Shown in pieces: positions 9,037-18,268 of a stretch of DNA of 46,707 bases (the first letter of the stretch is position 1; every line of letters begins with the position of its first letter). Source of the DNA: Eubacteriales bacterium (GTDB lineage: Bacteria; Bacillota; Clostridia; Oscillospirales; QAKW01); assembly GCA_045603925.1 (NCBI GenBank), contig JAZUNB010000105.1, forward strand, positions 1 to 46,707, in the 5' to 3' direction. A program made the position numbers and the translations under genes. The notes below the pieces were generated by a model. It saw only the letters and a program-made list of their open reading frames with translations, was not told the DNA's origin and ran no database searches.

Positions 9037-9996
9037 TTACTTAACGATAGGTGCCTTCACGGCATTTTTCAGTTCTGCCAGCAGTGCATCGGCGGTCATC
9101 CGCTCGATCTTCGCCTCGGGAGCCAGCATAATACGGTGGGAAACAATGGCCTCATACATATCGCTGACATCCTTGGGGGTTACATACACTCTGCCGTCCA
9201 GCAAGGCATTGGCGCAAGCGGCACGCATCAGCGCCAGGGACGCACGGGGAGAAGCCGCCAGAGCCACCATGGCATTGCCGCGGGTGGCGCAGACCAGCTC
9301 CACAATATAATCCAACACCGCGGGATCCACATAGATCTTCTCCACGGTCTTCTGCATCTCCACGATCTCCTCGGGGGTAGAAACAGGCTCCACGGTGGAA
9401 AGAGGATTAATGCCATGGCGATCGCCGATGATCCGCGCCTCTTCCTCCACCGAAGGATAGCCCATGGACATCTTCATCAGAAAACGGTCCAGCTGCGCCT
9501 CGGGCAGGGGATAGGTACCTACATAGCCCACCGGGTTCTGGGTAGCCACAACCATAAAGGGCTGGGGCAACGGATAAGTAACACCGTCTACCGTTACCTG
9601 GCGCTCTTCCATGACCTCCAGCAAGGCAGACTGGGTCTTGGGAGAAGTACGGTTGATCTCATCGGCGATGAGAATATTGGTCATACAAACGCCGGGCTTG
9701 AAGACAAACTCACCGGTCTTGGGATCGGGAGCGGTAAAGCCGGAGATATCGGTGGCCATAACATCGGGGGTGAACTGCACCCGCTTGGAGGAAAGGCCGG
9801 TAGCCTTAGCCATGGCGGAGGCGGCGGTGGTCTTACCTACACCGGGAACGTCTTCGATCAGAATATGGCCCTTGGACAGCAGGCAGACCAGCAGCAGGCG
9901 CAGCTGCTCCTCCTTACCCACAATGACCTTCTTCATCTCTTCGGTGATCTTCTGGCAGAGCATCTGCTCTTTTTGAACGTTTTGCAATTTCTCCAT
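9037..9996 (-). CDS. moxR: MoxR family AAA+ ATPase
   Basis: EDVPGVGKT Walker A, RVQFTPD, ADEINR, ATQNP, PLPEAQLDRF, SPRAS. Confidence 0.93.
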   Translation of the reverse strand: MEKLQNVQKEQMLCQKITEEMKKVIVGKEEQLRLLLVCLLSKGHILIEDVPGVGKTTAASAMAKATGLSSKRVQFTPDVMATDISGFTAPDPKTGEFVFKPGVCMTNILIADEINRTSPKTQSALLEVMEERQVTVDGVTYPLPQPFMVVATQNPVGYVGTYPLPEAQLDRFLMKMSMGYPSVEEEARIIGDRHGINPLSTVEPVSTPEEIVEMQKTVEKIYVDPAVLDYIVELVCATRGNAMVALAASPRASLALMRAACANALLDGRVYVTPKDVSDMYEAIVSHRIMLAPEAKIERMTADALLAELKNAVKAPIVK

Positions 9997-10042
9997 GGGG
10001 GTTCTCCTTAATATATTGAAATTTATATTTTTGCAATTATAT

Positions 10043-10071
10043 ATTATATATTAATAATGGCTTCCTTGCAA
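10043..10071 (-). promoter_or_regulatory. Sigma-A-type promoter of the moxR operon
   Basis: Minus strand TTGCAA (10071-10066), 17 bp spacer, TATAAT (10048-10043). Confidence 0.65.
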
Positions 10072-10086
10072 TCCATTTTTTAAAAA

Positions 10087-10103
10087 TGTAATATAAATGT
10101 TAC
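10087..10103. promoter_or_regulatory. WalR-type (OmpR family) direct-repeat box
   Basis: TGTAAT-ATAAA-TGTTAC matches TGT(A/T)A(A/T/C)-N5-TGT(A/T)A(A/T/C). Confidence 0.55.
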
Positions 10104-10175
10104 ATTTCCTTGGCAAATTCACCAAAAAACACTTCCGTTTTTTGGAAAGAAAAAATATTTGTGCAACCTTCCCTG

Positions 10176-10223
10176 TTGACTTTCGGAGCACTTTTGTTAT
10201 AATAGTTAATTAGTTAACTAATT
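10176..10223 (+). promoter_or_regulatory. Promoter and palindromic operator of the marR-ABC operon
   Basis: TTGACT (10176-81), 16 bp spacer, TGnTATAAT (10198-10203); perfect palindrome AATTAGTTAACTAATT at 10208-10223 over the likely start site. Confidence 0.7.
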
Positions 10224-10244
10224 TAGTGTTTCGGGAGGACATCC

Positions 10245-10694
10245 ATGAAAAAATGCAATATTCAAAATGCGCCCCCTTCTATGCTGATCAATGAGATCTC
10301 CAAATTGCTCAGTGATCGGATGCGGCGGCGCACCGAGGCCATGGGCATGGCCGACGGTTGGCGGCGGGTGCTCTTTCACCTTGCCCATAATGATCATCTC
10401 ACCCAGCTGGAGCTGGCCAGGCGCACCCATCTTTCCACCCCTGCGGTCAGCGTGACCCTGCAAAAAATGGAAAGTGAAGGCCTGGTGGAGCGGCGCAACG
10501 ACCCCGCCGATCAGCGGGCCATTCTGGTATCGCTGACCGAAAAGGGCCATGAGATGGATCGCTTGGTGATCGAGGCCATCCGCCAGAATGAAAAAGAGAT
10601 GATGTGTAATATTACACCGGAAGAATTGGCATTGGTACGCCCTATTCTGGAAAAAATGTATCGCAACCTTGCGGGAGAGGAGGAGCAAAAATGA
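10245..10694 (+). CDS. MarR family transcriptional regulator
   Basis: LTQLELARR...AVSVTLQKMESEGLVER...DQRAILVSLTEKG winged HTH; RBS GGAGG. Confidence 0.92.
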   Translation: MKKCNIQNAPPSMLINEISKLLSDRMRRRTEAMGMADGWRRVLFHLAHNDHLTQLELARRTHLSTPAVSVTLQKMESEGLVERRNDPADQRAILVSLTEKGHEMDRLVIEAIRQNEKEMMCNITPEELALVRPILEKMYRNLAGEEEQK

Positions 10695-12415
10695 AGCTGA
10701 TCAAATACTTAAAGCCCTATTGGTTCTGGGCGGTCCTCACCCCTCTCACCATGATCGGCGAGGTGACCGCCGATCTCTGGCAGCCCAAGCTGATGGAAAA
10801 GCTGGTCAATGAAGGCGTTTTAAACGGGGATCAGCAATTATTGCTCTCGGTGGGCGTCCTGATGCTGCTGACAGTGGCTCTGGGCGGTCTTTCGGGCACC
10901 TCCTGCTCGGTCTTTGCCAGCCTTGCCTCTCAGAATTTTGCCTGCGATCTGCGCAAGGATGTTTTCAAGCGCACCATGGGGCTATCTTTTCAGCAGACCG
11001 ATCAGTTTACCACCGGCTCGCTGATCACCCGTATGACCAATGATATTACCCAGATGCAGCATTTTGTGCAGCAATGCCTGCGGATGTTTGTACGCAGCGG
11101 GATGATGTTTATCGGCGGCATCATTATGATGCTGACCCTCCATTCCCGCTTCGGTCTCATCCTTCTGGCGGCGCTCCCCGTTCAGCTGATCATTATGGCA
11201 CTGGTCTTAAAGGCGGTAAATCCCCTTTACGCCAAGGTGCAGAAAAAACTGGACCATGTCAATAATGTAATGCAGGAGAATGTGGGCGGCGCGCGGATGG
11301 TCAAGGCCTATGTGCAGGAGGAGCGGGAAACGGCCCGCTTTAATTCCGCCAACGACGATCTCACCGAGACCAACCTGAAGGTGGCGCTGATCGTTGCGCG
11401 GCTGTCTCCCCTGCTTTCCATCATTATGAATGTTTCCATCGTCGCGCTGATCTATCTGGGCGGTCTTGAAGTGATGGCAGGGGCCATGGAGGTGGGTACC
11501 ATTATGGCGGCCATTACATATAACACCCAGGTGCTTCATTCGGTGATGATGGTCAGTATGATGTTTCAATCCATCGCCCGCGGACGGGCCTCCGCCAAGC
11601 GGTTGCAGGAGGTTCTGGAGACCTATCCGGTCATCGAGGGCGGTACTTATGCCCCCGAGACTCTGGGAGAGATCGCTTTAGACCGCATTGCCTTCCATTA
11701 TCCCGGCTTTGAGGGGCGCCATATACTCAACGACCTTTCCCTGACGGTTCACCCCGGCGAAAATCTCGCCATTCTGGGTGCCACCGGCAGCGGAAAATCC
11801 TCCCTGATCCATCTCATTACCCGCTTTTATGATGTAACCGAAGGGGAGATCCGCATCGGCGGGGTTCCCATCAAGGATTTTGATCTCACCGCCCTGCGGG
11901 AGAAGATCGCGGTGGTCTTGCAAAAGAGTGAGCTTTTCAGCGGAACCGTCAGCGAAAACATTCGCTGGGGCAAGCCCGATGCCACCGAAGAAGAGATCCG
12001 CCACGCGGCAGAGATCGCCCAGGCGGCGGAATTTATCGAAGGGATGCCCGAGCAATATGAAACGGTGATCGCCGAGAAGGGCGCCTCCCTCTCCGGCGGG
12101 CAAAAGCAGCGGCTTTCCATTGCCCGCGCCCTGGTACGCAAGCCGGAGCTGCTGATCTTCGATGACAGTACCTCGGCTCTGGATCTTGCCACTGAGGGGC
12201 GGCTTCGCGCCGCCATCCGCGCGGAGATGAAGGGAACCACCCTCATTACCGTTGCCCAGCGGATCGCCAGCGTAAAGGACTGCGATCGGATCGTTGTTTT
12301 GGAAGACGGCGGCATCGCCGCCATCGGCACCCACGAAGAGCTTTTGAAAAACAGTCCTGTTTATCAGGATATCTATCAATCCCAGACCAAGGAAGGAGGT
12401 TTGATCGATGGCTGA
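10691..12415 (+). CDS. ABC exporter, fused permease/ATPase, subunit 1 of a heterodimer
   Basis: TM domain; GATGSGKS, LSGGQKQR, degenerate Walker B (FDDS) and switch (AQR). Confidence 0.93.
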   Translation: MKLIKYLKPYWFWAVLTPLTMIGEVTADLWQPKLMEKLVNEGVLNGDQQLLLSVGVLMLLTVALGGLSGTSCSVFASLASQNFACDLRKDVFKRTMGLSFQQTDQFTTGSLITRMTNDITQMQHFVQQCLRMFVRSGMMFIGGIIMMLTLHSRFGLILLAALPVQLIIMALVLKAVNPLYAKVQKKLDHVNNVMQENVGGARMVKAYVQEERETARFNSANDDLTETNLKVALIVARLSPLLSIIMNVSIVALIYLGGLEVMAGAMEVGTIMAAITYNTQVLHSVMMVSMMFQSIARGRASAKRLQEVLETYPVIEGGTYAPETLGEIALDRIAFHYPGFEGRHILNDLSLTVHPGENLAILGATGSGKSSLIHLITRFYDVTEGEIRIGGVPIKDFDLTALREKIAVVLQKSELFSGTVSENIRWGKPDATEEEIRHAAEIAQAAEFIEGMPEQYETVIAEKGASLSGGQKQRLSIARALVRKPELLIFDDSTSALDLATEGRLRAAIRAEMKGTTLITVAQRIASVKDCDRIVVLEDGGIAAIGTHEELLKNSPVYQDIYQSQTKEGGLIDG

Positions 12416-14240
12416 GCAAAGACCCTCTCCTGTTCAGACCGCCATCCGTCCCGGTCGGCGGGGGCCCATGATGCAGGTGGAAAAGCCCAAGGATATGAAG
12501 GGCACCCTCAAGCGCCTCATCGGCTATATCGGCAAGGATTGGAAAAACTTCCTGCTCCTACTGCTGGTGACCCTTTCCATTACCGGCGCCAATCTTTTGG
12601 CGCCCTCCCTTCAGCAAAAGGCCATTGATGCTCTGGAGGTGAACCTCACCGGCAAGCTTCTGATGATGCTGGGGCTGATGCTGATCACCTATTTCTTTCA
12701 GGCGGCGCTGACCTGGCTGCAGGCGGTGGCTTCCGCCCGCCTCTCCCAAGGAACCGTACGCATTATGCGCAAGGATCTCTTTGCCCGCCTGGTGCGTTTG
12801 CCCATTCGCTATACCGATACCCACAATCACGGCGATATTATGAGCCGCATGACCAACGATGTGGAAAACATTTCCGTTTCCATCAGCAGCTCCATCGCTT
12901 CTCTTTGCTCCAGCGTCTTGATGGTGGTGGGTTGCTTCATTATTATGATCGGCTACTCTCCCCTGCTGGCGTTGGTCAGCACCACCACCATTCTGCTGAC
13001 CCTTCTGGTCTCTACCTTTATCACCAAGTTTATGCGGCGTTTCTTTGTACGCCAGCAACGGATCCTGGGCGAGGTCAACGGCCAGGTAGAAGAGATGGTG
13101 GCAGGCTATCGCACGGTGGTGGCCTATAACCGCCAGAAGCAAGCCATTGCGGAGTTCAACGCCACCAGCGACCGCCTCAAAAAGACCGCCATCTATGCCA
13201 ACGCCATCGGCGGTTTTATGGGGCCGGTGATGAACTTCATCTCTAATGTGGGCTTCTTACTGATCACCATAGTGGGCGGTTATCTGGCCAGCTTACCTTC
13301 CGATCATCTGCTCTTTATCTCGGTGGGTACCATTCAGGCCTTTATCCTTTATTCCAAGCAATTTTCCCGCCCCATCAATGAGATCGCCAACCAATATGCC
13401 GCCATCCAGACCGCCATTGCAGGCGCAGAGCGGATCTTCGATGTGATGGACAGCGAGCCCGAGCACGACGGCGGCGATCCCTCCTTCAAGACCGAGCAGA
13501 TCCAAGGTGCTCTTTCTTTTAAGAATGTGGACTTTTCCTATGTGGCCGGCAAGCAGGTGTTAAAGGACTTTAACCTGGAGGTGGGCGCGGGGCAAAAGGT
13601 GGCCATTGTGGGCGCCACCGGCAGCGGAAAAACAACGGTGGTGAACCTGCTGACCCGCTTCTATGATATCGACGACGGGCAGATCACCGTAGACGGTACC
13701 GATCTCACCGCCATTTCCCGCAGCAGCCTCCGAAAGGGCCTGGCCATTGTTTTGCAGGATACGGTGCTCTTCTCCGATACCATCGCCCGCAATATCAGCT
13801 ACAGCAAGCCCGAAGCCACGATGGAGGAGATCGAGGCGGCCGCCCGTATGGCAGGGGCCGATCGGTTTATCAAGCGGCTGGAAAAAGGCTATGATACCAT
13901 GCTGACCGAGGGCGGCGCCAACCTTTCTCAAGGCCAACGGCAGCTTCTGAATATCGCCCGCGCAGTCTTGGCGGATCCGCGGATCCTGATCCTCGATGAG
14001 GCCACCTCTTCCGTAGATACCCGCACCGAGGCGCGGATCCAGAAGGCGATGGTGGCGCTGATGGAAAACCGCACCAGCCTCATTATCGCCCACCGCCTCT
14101 CCACCATCCGCGATGCGGATAAGATCGTGGTCATCGACCACGGACAGGTGGTGGAGGAAGGCAACCACGACGAGCTGCTGGCCCAAAAGGGAACCTACTA
14201 TAATCTCTATCAGTCCCAATTTGCAGGCATTGCAACATAA
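12408..14240 (+). CDS. ABC exporter, fused permease/ATPase, subunit 2 of a heterodimer
   Basis: GATGSGKT, LSQGQRQ, LDEATSSVD, IAHRL. Confidence 0.93.
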   Translation: MAEQRPSPVQTAIRPGRRGPMMQVEKPKDMKGTLKRLIGYIGKDWKNFLLLLLVTLSITGANLLAPSLQQKAIDALEVNLTGKLLMMLGLMLITYFFQAALTWLQAVASARLSQGTVRIMRKDLFARLVRLPIRYTDTHNHGDIMSRMTNDVENISVSISSSIASLCSSVLMVVGCFIIMIGYSPLLALVSTTTILLTLLVSTFITKFMRRFFVRQQRILGEVNGQVEEMVAGYRTVVAYNRQKQAIAEFNATSDRLKKTAIYANAIGGFMGPVMNFISNVGFLLITIVGGYLASLPSDHLLFISVGTIQAFILYSKQFSRPINEIANQYAAIQTAIAGAERIFDVMDSEPEHDGGDPSFKTEQIQGALSFKNVDFSYVAGKQVLKDFNLEVGAGQKVAIVGATGSGKTTVVNLLTRFYDIDDGQITVDGTDLTAISRSSLRKGLAIVLQDTVLFSDTIARNISYSKPEATMEEIEAAARMAGADRFIKRLEKGYDTMLTEGGANLSQGQRQLLNIARAVLADPRILILDEATSSVDTRTEARIQKAMVALMENRTSLIIAHRLSTIRDADKIVVIDHGQVVEEGNHDELLAQKGTYYNLYQSQFAGIAT

Positions 14241-14245
14241 ATTGC

Positions 14246-14276
14246 AACCCCCGCGCCAAGCGCGGGGGTTATTTTG
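14246..14276 (+). terminator. Intrinsic terminator
   Basis: AACCCCCGCG-CCAAG-CGCGGGGGTT followed by ATTTTG. Confidence 0.75.
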
Positions 14277-14289
14277 TTGAAATTAACAG

Positions 14290-14318
14290 TTGACGAACCT
14301 TTATTGTTTTAGTACAAT
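14290..14318 (+). promoter_or_regulatory. Sigma-A-type promoter of thrCB
   Basis: TTGACG (14290-95), 17 bp spacer, TACAAT (14313-18). Confidence 0.6.
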
Positions 14319-14350
14319 AAAGTATATATTTTTTAATGGAGGCACTTTTT

Positions 14351-15832
14351 ATGCTTTATCAGAGCACCCGCAGTAAAGATTATACCGCCACCGGCCCCGA
14401 GGCGATCCTGCAAGGCATCGCGCCCGACGGTGGGCTTTATATGATCTCCGATTTTTCGAAGATCCGATTGGATTGGAAGGAGCTTCTGGATTTAGACACC
14501 ATTCCCATGGCCGCCAAGATCCTGCAGGCTCTTTTGCCCGATTTCACTCCCGAGGAGATGGACGAGCTGGCCAAAAAGGCTTATTGCGGCAAGTTTGAGA
14601 CTGAGGATCTGACTCCTCTGGCTCAGGTAGGCGACCGCTATGTATTGGAGCTGTTCCGCGGCCCCACCAGCGCTTTTAAGGATGTGGCGCTTTCCATGCT
14701 GCCCCAGCTGATGACCGCCTCCCGCAAGAAGACCGGGATGAAGGAGGATATTGTGATCCTCACCGCCACCAGCGGCGATACCGGCAAGGCGGCTCTGGAG
14801 GGCTTCCACGATGTAGACGGCATCAAAATCATGGTCTTCTTCCCCAACAACGGTGTAAGCGCGGTTCAGCAGGCCCAGATGGTGACCCAGACCGGCAATA
14901 ATGTGGCGGTTGCCGCCATCAACGGCAATTTCGACGATGCACAGACCGGTGTGAAAAAGACCTTCGCCGCCGCGGCAGAAGACAGCGCGCGGCTCAACGG
15001 CGCCGTTCTCTCCTCCGCCAACTCCATCAACATCGGTCGCCTGGCTCCCCAGGTGGTCTACTATTTCAAATCCTATGCCGATCTGGTACGGGAAGAGGTC
15101 ATCAAGGTAGGCGATAAGGTCTCCTTTGTGGTTCCCACCGGCAATTTCGGTGATATCTTAGCCGGCTATTTCGCCAAGAAATTGGGTCTGCCGGTGGAGA
15201 AGCTGATCTGCGCCTCCAATGAGAACAAGGTTCTTACCGATTTCCTCAACGAAGGCGTTTACGATCGCAAGCGCCCCTTCTACAAGACCACCTCTCCTTC
15301 CATGGATATTCTGGTCTCCAGCAATCTGGAGCGGTTGCTCTTTATGATGAGCGACTGCGACAGTGACTTAGTGGCTTCTCTGATGAAGCAGCTCAACGAA
15401 GAGGGCAAATATCAGGTGCCTGCCGAAATGCTGGAGAAGATCCAGGCAGAGTTTGGCGCAGGCTTCTGCGACGATGCCGAAACGGCGGTTGCCATCCGCA
15501 AGGTCTGGGAGACCTACGGTTATCTGATGGATACCCATACCGCCGTTGCCTGGGCAGTCAGCGAGGAATACAAAAAGACCGCAAAGGAGCCGGTGATCGT
15601 ACTTTCCACCGCTTCTCCCTTTAAGTTCCCCCACGCGGTGCTCTCTGCTCTGGGCGAGACCCCCGCAGAAAATGAATTCGACTGCCTGACCCAGCTTTCC
15701 GCCCTCAGCAACCTGCCCATTCCCAAGAATTTAAGCGGGCTCAAGGATGCCAAGGTCTTGCACGATACGGTGATCGAGAAGGAAGCGCTCATCGACTTTG
15801 CGCTGAACAAAGCGGGTCAGAAGGTATGGTAA
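14351..15832 (+). CDS. thrC: Threonine synthase
   Basis: MLYQSTR start after GGAGG; ELFRGPTSAFKD (PLP Lys), TATSGDTG, SANSINIGRL, PTGNFGD. Confidence 0.95.
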   Translation: MLYQSTRSKDYTATGPEAILQGIAPDGGLYMISDFSKIRLDWKELLDLDTIPMAAKILQALLPDFTPEEMDELAKKAYCGKFETEDLTPLAQVGDRYVLELFRGPTSAFKDVALSMLPQLMTASRKKTGMKEDIVILTATSGDTGKAALEGFHDVDGIKIMVFFPNNGVSAVQQAQMVTQTGNNVAVAAINGNFDDAQTGVKKTFAAAAEDSARLNGAVLSSANSINIGRLAPQVVYYFKSYADLVREEVIKVGDKVSFVVPTGNFGDILAGYFAKKLGLPVEKLICASNENKVLTDFLNEGVYDRKRPFYKTTSPSMDILVSSNLERLLFMMSDCDSDLVASLMKQLNEEGKYQVPAEMLEKIQAEFGAGFCDDAETAVAIRKVWETYGYLMDTHTAVAWAVSEEYKKTAKEPVIVLSTASPFKFPHAVLSALGETPAENEFDCLTQLSALSNLPIPKNLSGLKDAKVLHDTVIEKEALIDFALNKAGQKVW

Positions 15833-16680
15833 AGATCCGCGTTCCCGCAAGCTCTGCCAATTTAGGGCCGGGGTTTGATAGCTTCGGCATCGCCCTCTCC
15901 CTTTATAACGAATATACCTTTGAGCTTGCCGATCATCTGGAGATCATCGGCTGTCCGCCGGAATATTCCGACGACCGCAACCTCTCTATCATTGCATTTA
16001 AAGCCACCCTCAAGGTGATGGGCAAGCCCTATACCGGCGTGAGGATGACGGTGGATGCCCATATCCCCTTCTGCAGTGGCTTAGGCTCCAGCGCCGCCAC
16101 CATTGTGGCCGGTGCCAAGGGTGCCAATGCACTCTACGGCAATCCCCTTTCCAATGATGAATTGTTGCAGATCTGCAACGCCATCGAAGGGCACCCCGAT
16201 AATGTAGCCCCCGCGATTTACGGGGGGATGACGGTTTCGGTGGTGCAAAACGGAGTTGCCTACTGCGTACAGTATCCGGTGGATCCGGCGCTGAAATTTG
16301 TGGTGATGACGCCGGACTTTGAATTGGCTACCAAGGAAAGTCGGCGGGTACTGCCCCAGATGATCAACCGCCAGGATGCCATTTATAATCTCTCCCACGC
16401 AGGGCTTTTGCCCAAGGCTCTGGAATTGGGCGATGAGCGGTTGATCCGCCTTGCGGTGCAGGATCGGCTCCATGAGCCCTATCGCCGCCCGCTGATCACC
16501 GACCTTACCTTGGTGGAAAAAGCGGTCAATGATCTGGGCGCCATCGCCTTTTGCATCAGCGGCGCAGGCCCTACCTGTCTTGCCATCACCAAGGATCCCG
16601 ATTTTGCCGAAAAGCTGAAAAATGAGCTTTATACGCCCCACAGCAATTGGAGCATCCGCGAATTGGAGATCGCAAAATAA
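15826..16680 (+). CDS. thrB: Homoserine kinase
   Basis: PASSANLGPGFD, GLGSSAA, EGHPDNVAP, SGAGPT GHMP motifs. Confidence 0.95.
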   Translation: MVKIRVPASSANLGPGFDSFGIALSLYNEYTFELADHLEIIGCPPEYSDDRNLSIIAFKATLKVMGKPYTGVRMTVDAHIPFCSGLGSSAATIVAGAKGANALYGNPLSNDELLQICNAIEGHPDNVAPAIYGGMTVSVVQNGVAYCVQYPVDPALKFVVMTPDFELATKESRRVLPQMINRQDAIYNLSHAGLLPKALELGDERLIRLAVQDRLHEPYRRPLITDLTLVEKAVNDLGAIAFCISGAGPTCLAITKDPDFAEKLKNELYTPHSNWSIRELEIAK

Positions 16681-16683
16681 ATT

Positions 16684-16723
16684 AAAAGGCTGTAAAAATC
16701 CAAGGATTATTACAGCCTTTTTT
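16684..16723. repeat. Palindromic repeat copy 2 / terminator
   Basis: AAAAGGCTGTAAAAATCC-AA-GGATTATTACAGCCTTTTTT. Confidence 0.75.
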
Positions 16724-16784
16724 GATGGCGATCCGTTTTATGGGACATCCAATGATGTATAATAAAAGACAAAGGAGTGATCCG

Positions 16785-17687
16785 ATGAAAAAAACTTATC
16801 TAAAATCCTTCAAACTCCCCTCTTATGAAGAGGAAAAGTATTATCTGGCCGATGTAAAACTGAATTGCTATAATAATTTTTATCCCTTCGATACCCTGCC
16901 TTTGGCCTTTCGGAATCTGGAGTTTTTTCCGCTGACCATTCTCTATGGCGGTAACGGTTGCGGGAAAACCACCATTTTAAACCTGATCGCCGAAAAGCTG
17001 GGGATCGGGCGAAGCACCAGGATCAATAAAAGCAGTTTTATGGATCCTTATCTTGGCCTCTGCCGCTATAAGATGGTGGAAAGCCCCACCGTTGCCAAGA
17101 TCATTACCAGCGATGATGTTTTTTCCAATATTTTTCTCACCCGCGAAAAAAACGAGATCATCGATAAAAACCGCGATGAAATGCTGGAGCTCAGCGATAT
17201 GTGCAACACGCCGGGGATGCAGATCAAGGATATTATGGGCGATCTGGTGGGCGAAGAGCGGTGGCTGGATCATCTTGATACCTTGCTGACGGTGACCTCC
17301 GCAAGAAGAATGACCAAATCACGCTTCGCCAGAGAAAACGCGGGAAGAAATATCATCGGCAAGTCAAACGGGGAAACCGCGCTGGATTATTTCTATTCCA
17401 ACATCCAGGAGCGCGGTCTGTACCTTTTGGACGAGCCGGAAAACAGCCTGTCGGCTGTATATCAGCGGCAATTGGCGAAATATCTTTATGATTCTGTACG
17501 CTTTTTTGATGCCCAATTGATCATTGCCACCCATTCGCCCTTTATGCTCAGCATTCCGGGCGCAACGATCTATAATCTGGATTCGGAAGAATTCTGCCGG
17601 ACCGAGGATTGGACCACCTTGGAAAATATGATCGAATACTACCGATTATTTGATCAATATGCAGAGCATTTTGCGGATCACTGCTGA
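16785..17687 (+). CDS. Stand-alone ABC/AAA_21-type ATPase of unknown function
   Basis: RBS AAGGAG, ATG 16785; GGNGCGKT Walker A, KSNGE signature, LLDEPENSLS Walker B, IIATHSPF switch; no permease partner. Confidence 0.85.
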   Translation: MKKTYLKSFKLPSYEEEKYYLADVKLNCYNNFYPFDTLPLAFRNLEFFPLTILYGGNGCGKTTILNLIAEKLGIGRSTRINKSSFMDPYLGLCRYKMVESPTVAKIITSDDVFSNIFLTREKNEIIDKNRDEMLELSDMCNTPGMQIKDIMGDLVGEERWLDHLDTLLTVTSARRMTKSRFARENAGRNIIGKSNGETALDYFYSNIQERGLYLLDEPENSLSAVYQRQLAKYLYDSVRFFDAQLIIATHSPFMLSIPGATIYNLDSEEFCRTEDWTTLENMIEYYRLFDQYAEHFADHC

Positions 17688-17732
17688 AAAGGGCTGTAAA
17701 AAAATCAACGATTTTTTTCCATTCCCTTTTTT
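17687..17732. repeat. Palindromic repeat copy 3 (degenerate right arm) / bidirectional terminator
   Basis: AAAAGGGCTGTAAAAAAATC-AAC-GATTTTTTTCCATTCCCTTTTTT. Confidence 0.65.
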
Positions 17733-18216
17733 ATTCTTTTGATTCCTCTTCCGGCTCCTCCTCGGGCTCTTCCTCGGAAACCACCCGATTGACGGTGATC
17801 TTCACCGTTTCGTTGCCTTGGCTGAACATCAGCTTCATCTTATTGGCATTGACCCGTTCATAGCGGTATACATAGATGGTTCCTTCCTCGGTAGTGAGGG
17901 TGAAGGAATCCTTATTGGCGGTAAATTCGCCGGAGACCACCGTATCACCGTTGGCAAGGATAAACTGATCCTCCTCCGCATCAAAGGAGATGGCAAGAGA
18001 TTTACTCTCCCAGGAGCCATCCATCCAATCGTCGCTGAAATAAAAGTTCAGATACCAGACCAGAACAGCGGTTGCAACAGCCACCACCGCGCCTAAAATA
18101 ATGACCCACCATGCCCATTGGGGCAGCTGCTTTTTCGCCTTGGGGCGCCCATAATCGCAGCGGGGGCAGATCTTCTCTTCATTTTCAAATTCGGTACCGC
18201 ATCGTTGACAAATCAT
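17731..18216 (-). CDS. Zinc-ribbon single-pass membrane protein, hypothetical
   Basis: MICQRCG...ICPRCD (CxxC...CxxC), one TM helix, beta-rich domain, acidic tail; RBS GAGG. Confidence 0.75.
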   Translation of the reverse strand: MICQRCGTEFENEEKICPRCDYGRPKAKKQLPQWAWWVIILGAVVAVATAVLVWYLNFYFSDDWMDGSWESKSLAISFDAEEDQFILANGDTVVSGEFTANKDSFTLTTEEGTIYVYRYERVNANKMKLMFSQGNETVKITVNRVVSEEEPEEEPEEESKE

Positions 18217-18230
18217 CGTTCTTACCTCGA

Positions 18231-18262
18231 AAAAAAGCCGCCTCAAAGAGGCGGCTTCTTAT
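18231..18262 (-). terminator. Intrinsic terminator after ftsZ
   Basis: AAGCCGCCTC-AAA-GAGGCGGCTT hairpin with a U-tract on the minus strand. Confidence 0.7.
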
Positions 18263-18268
18263 TTGAAA

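Noticed and set aside
2988-10011. Long plus-strand ORFs opposite the moxR operon (e.g. 6937..8022, 8393..9310, 8980..10011)
   Set aside because: Antisense shadows of GC-rich genes that have clear family motifs on the minus strand.
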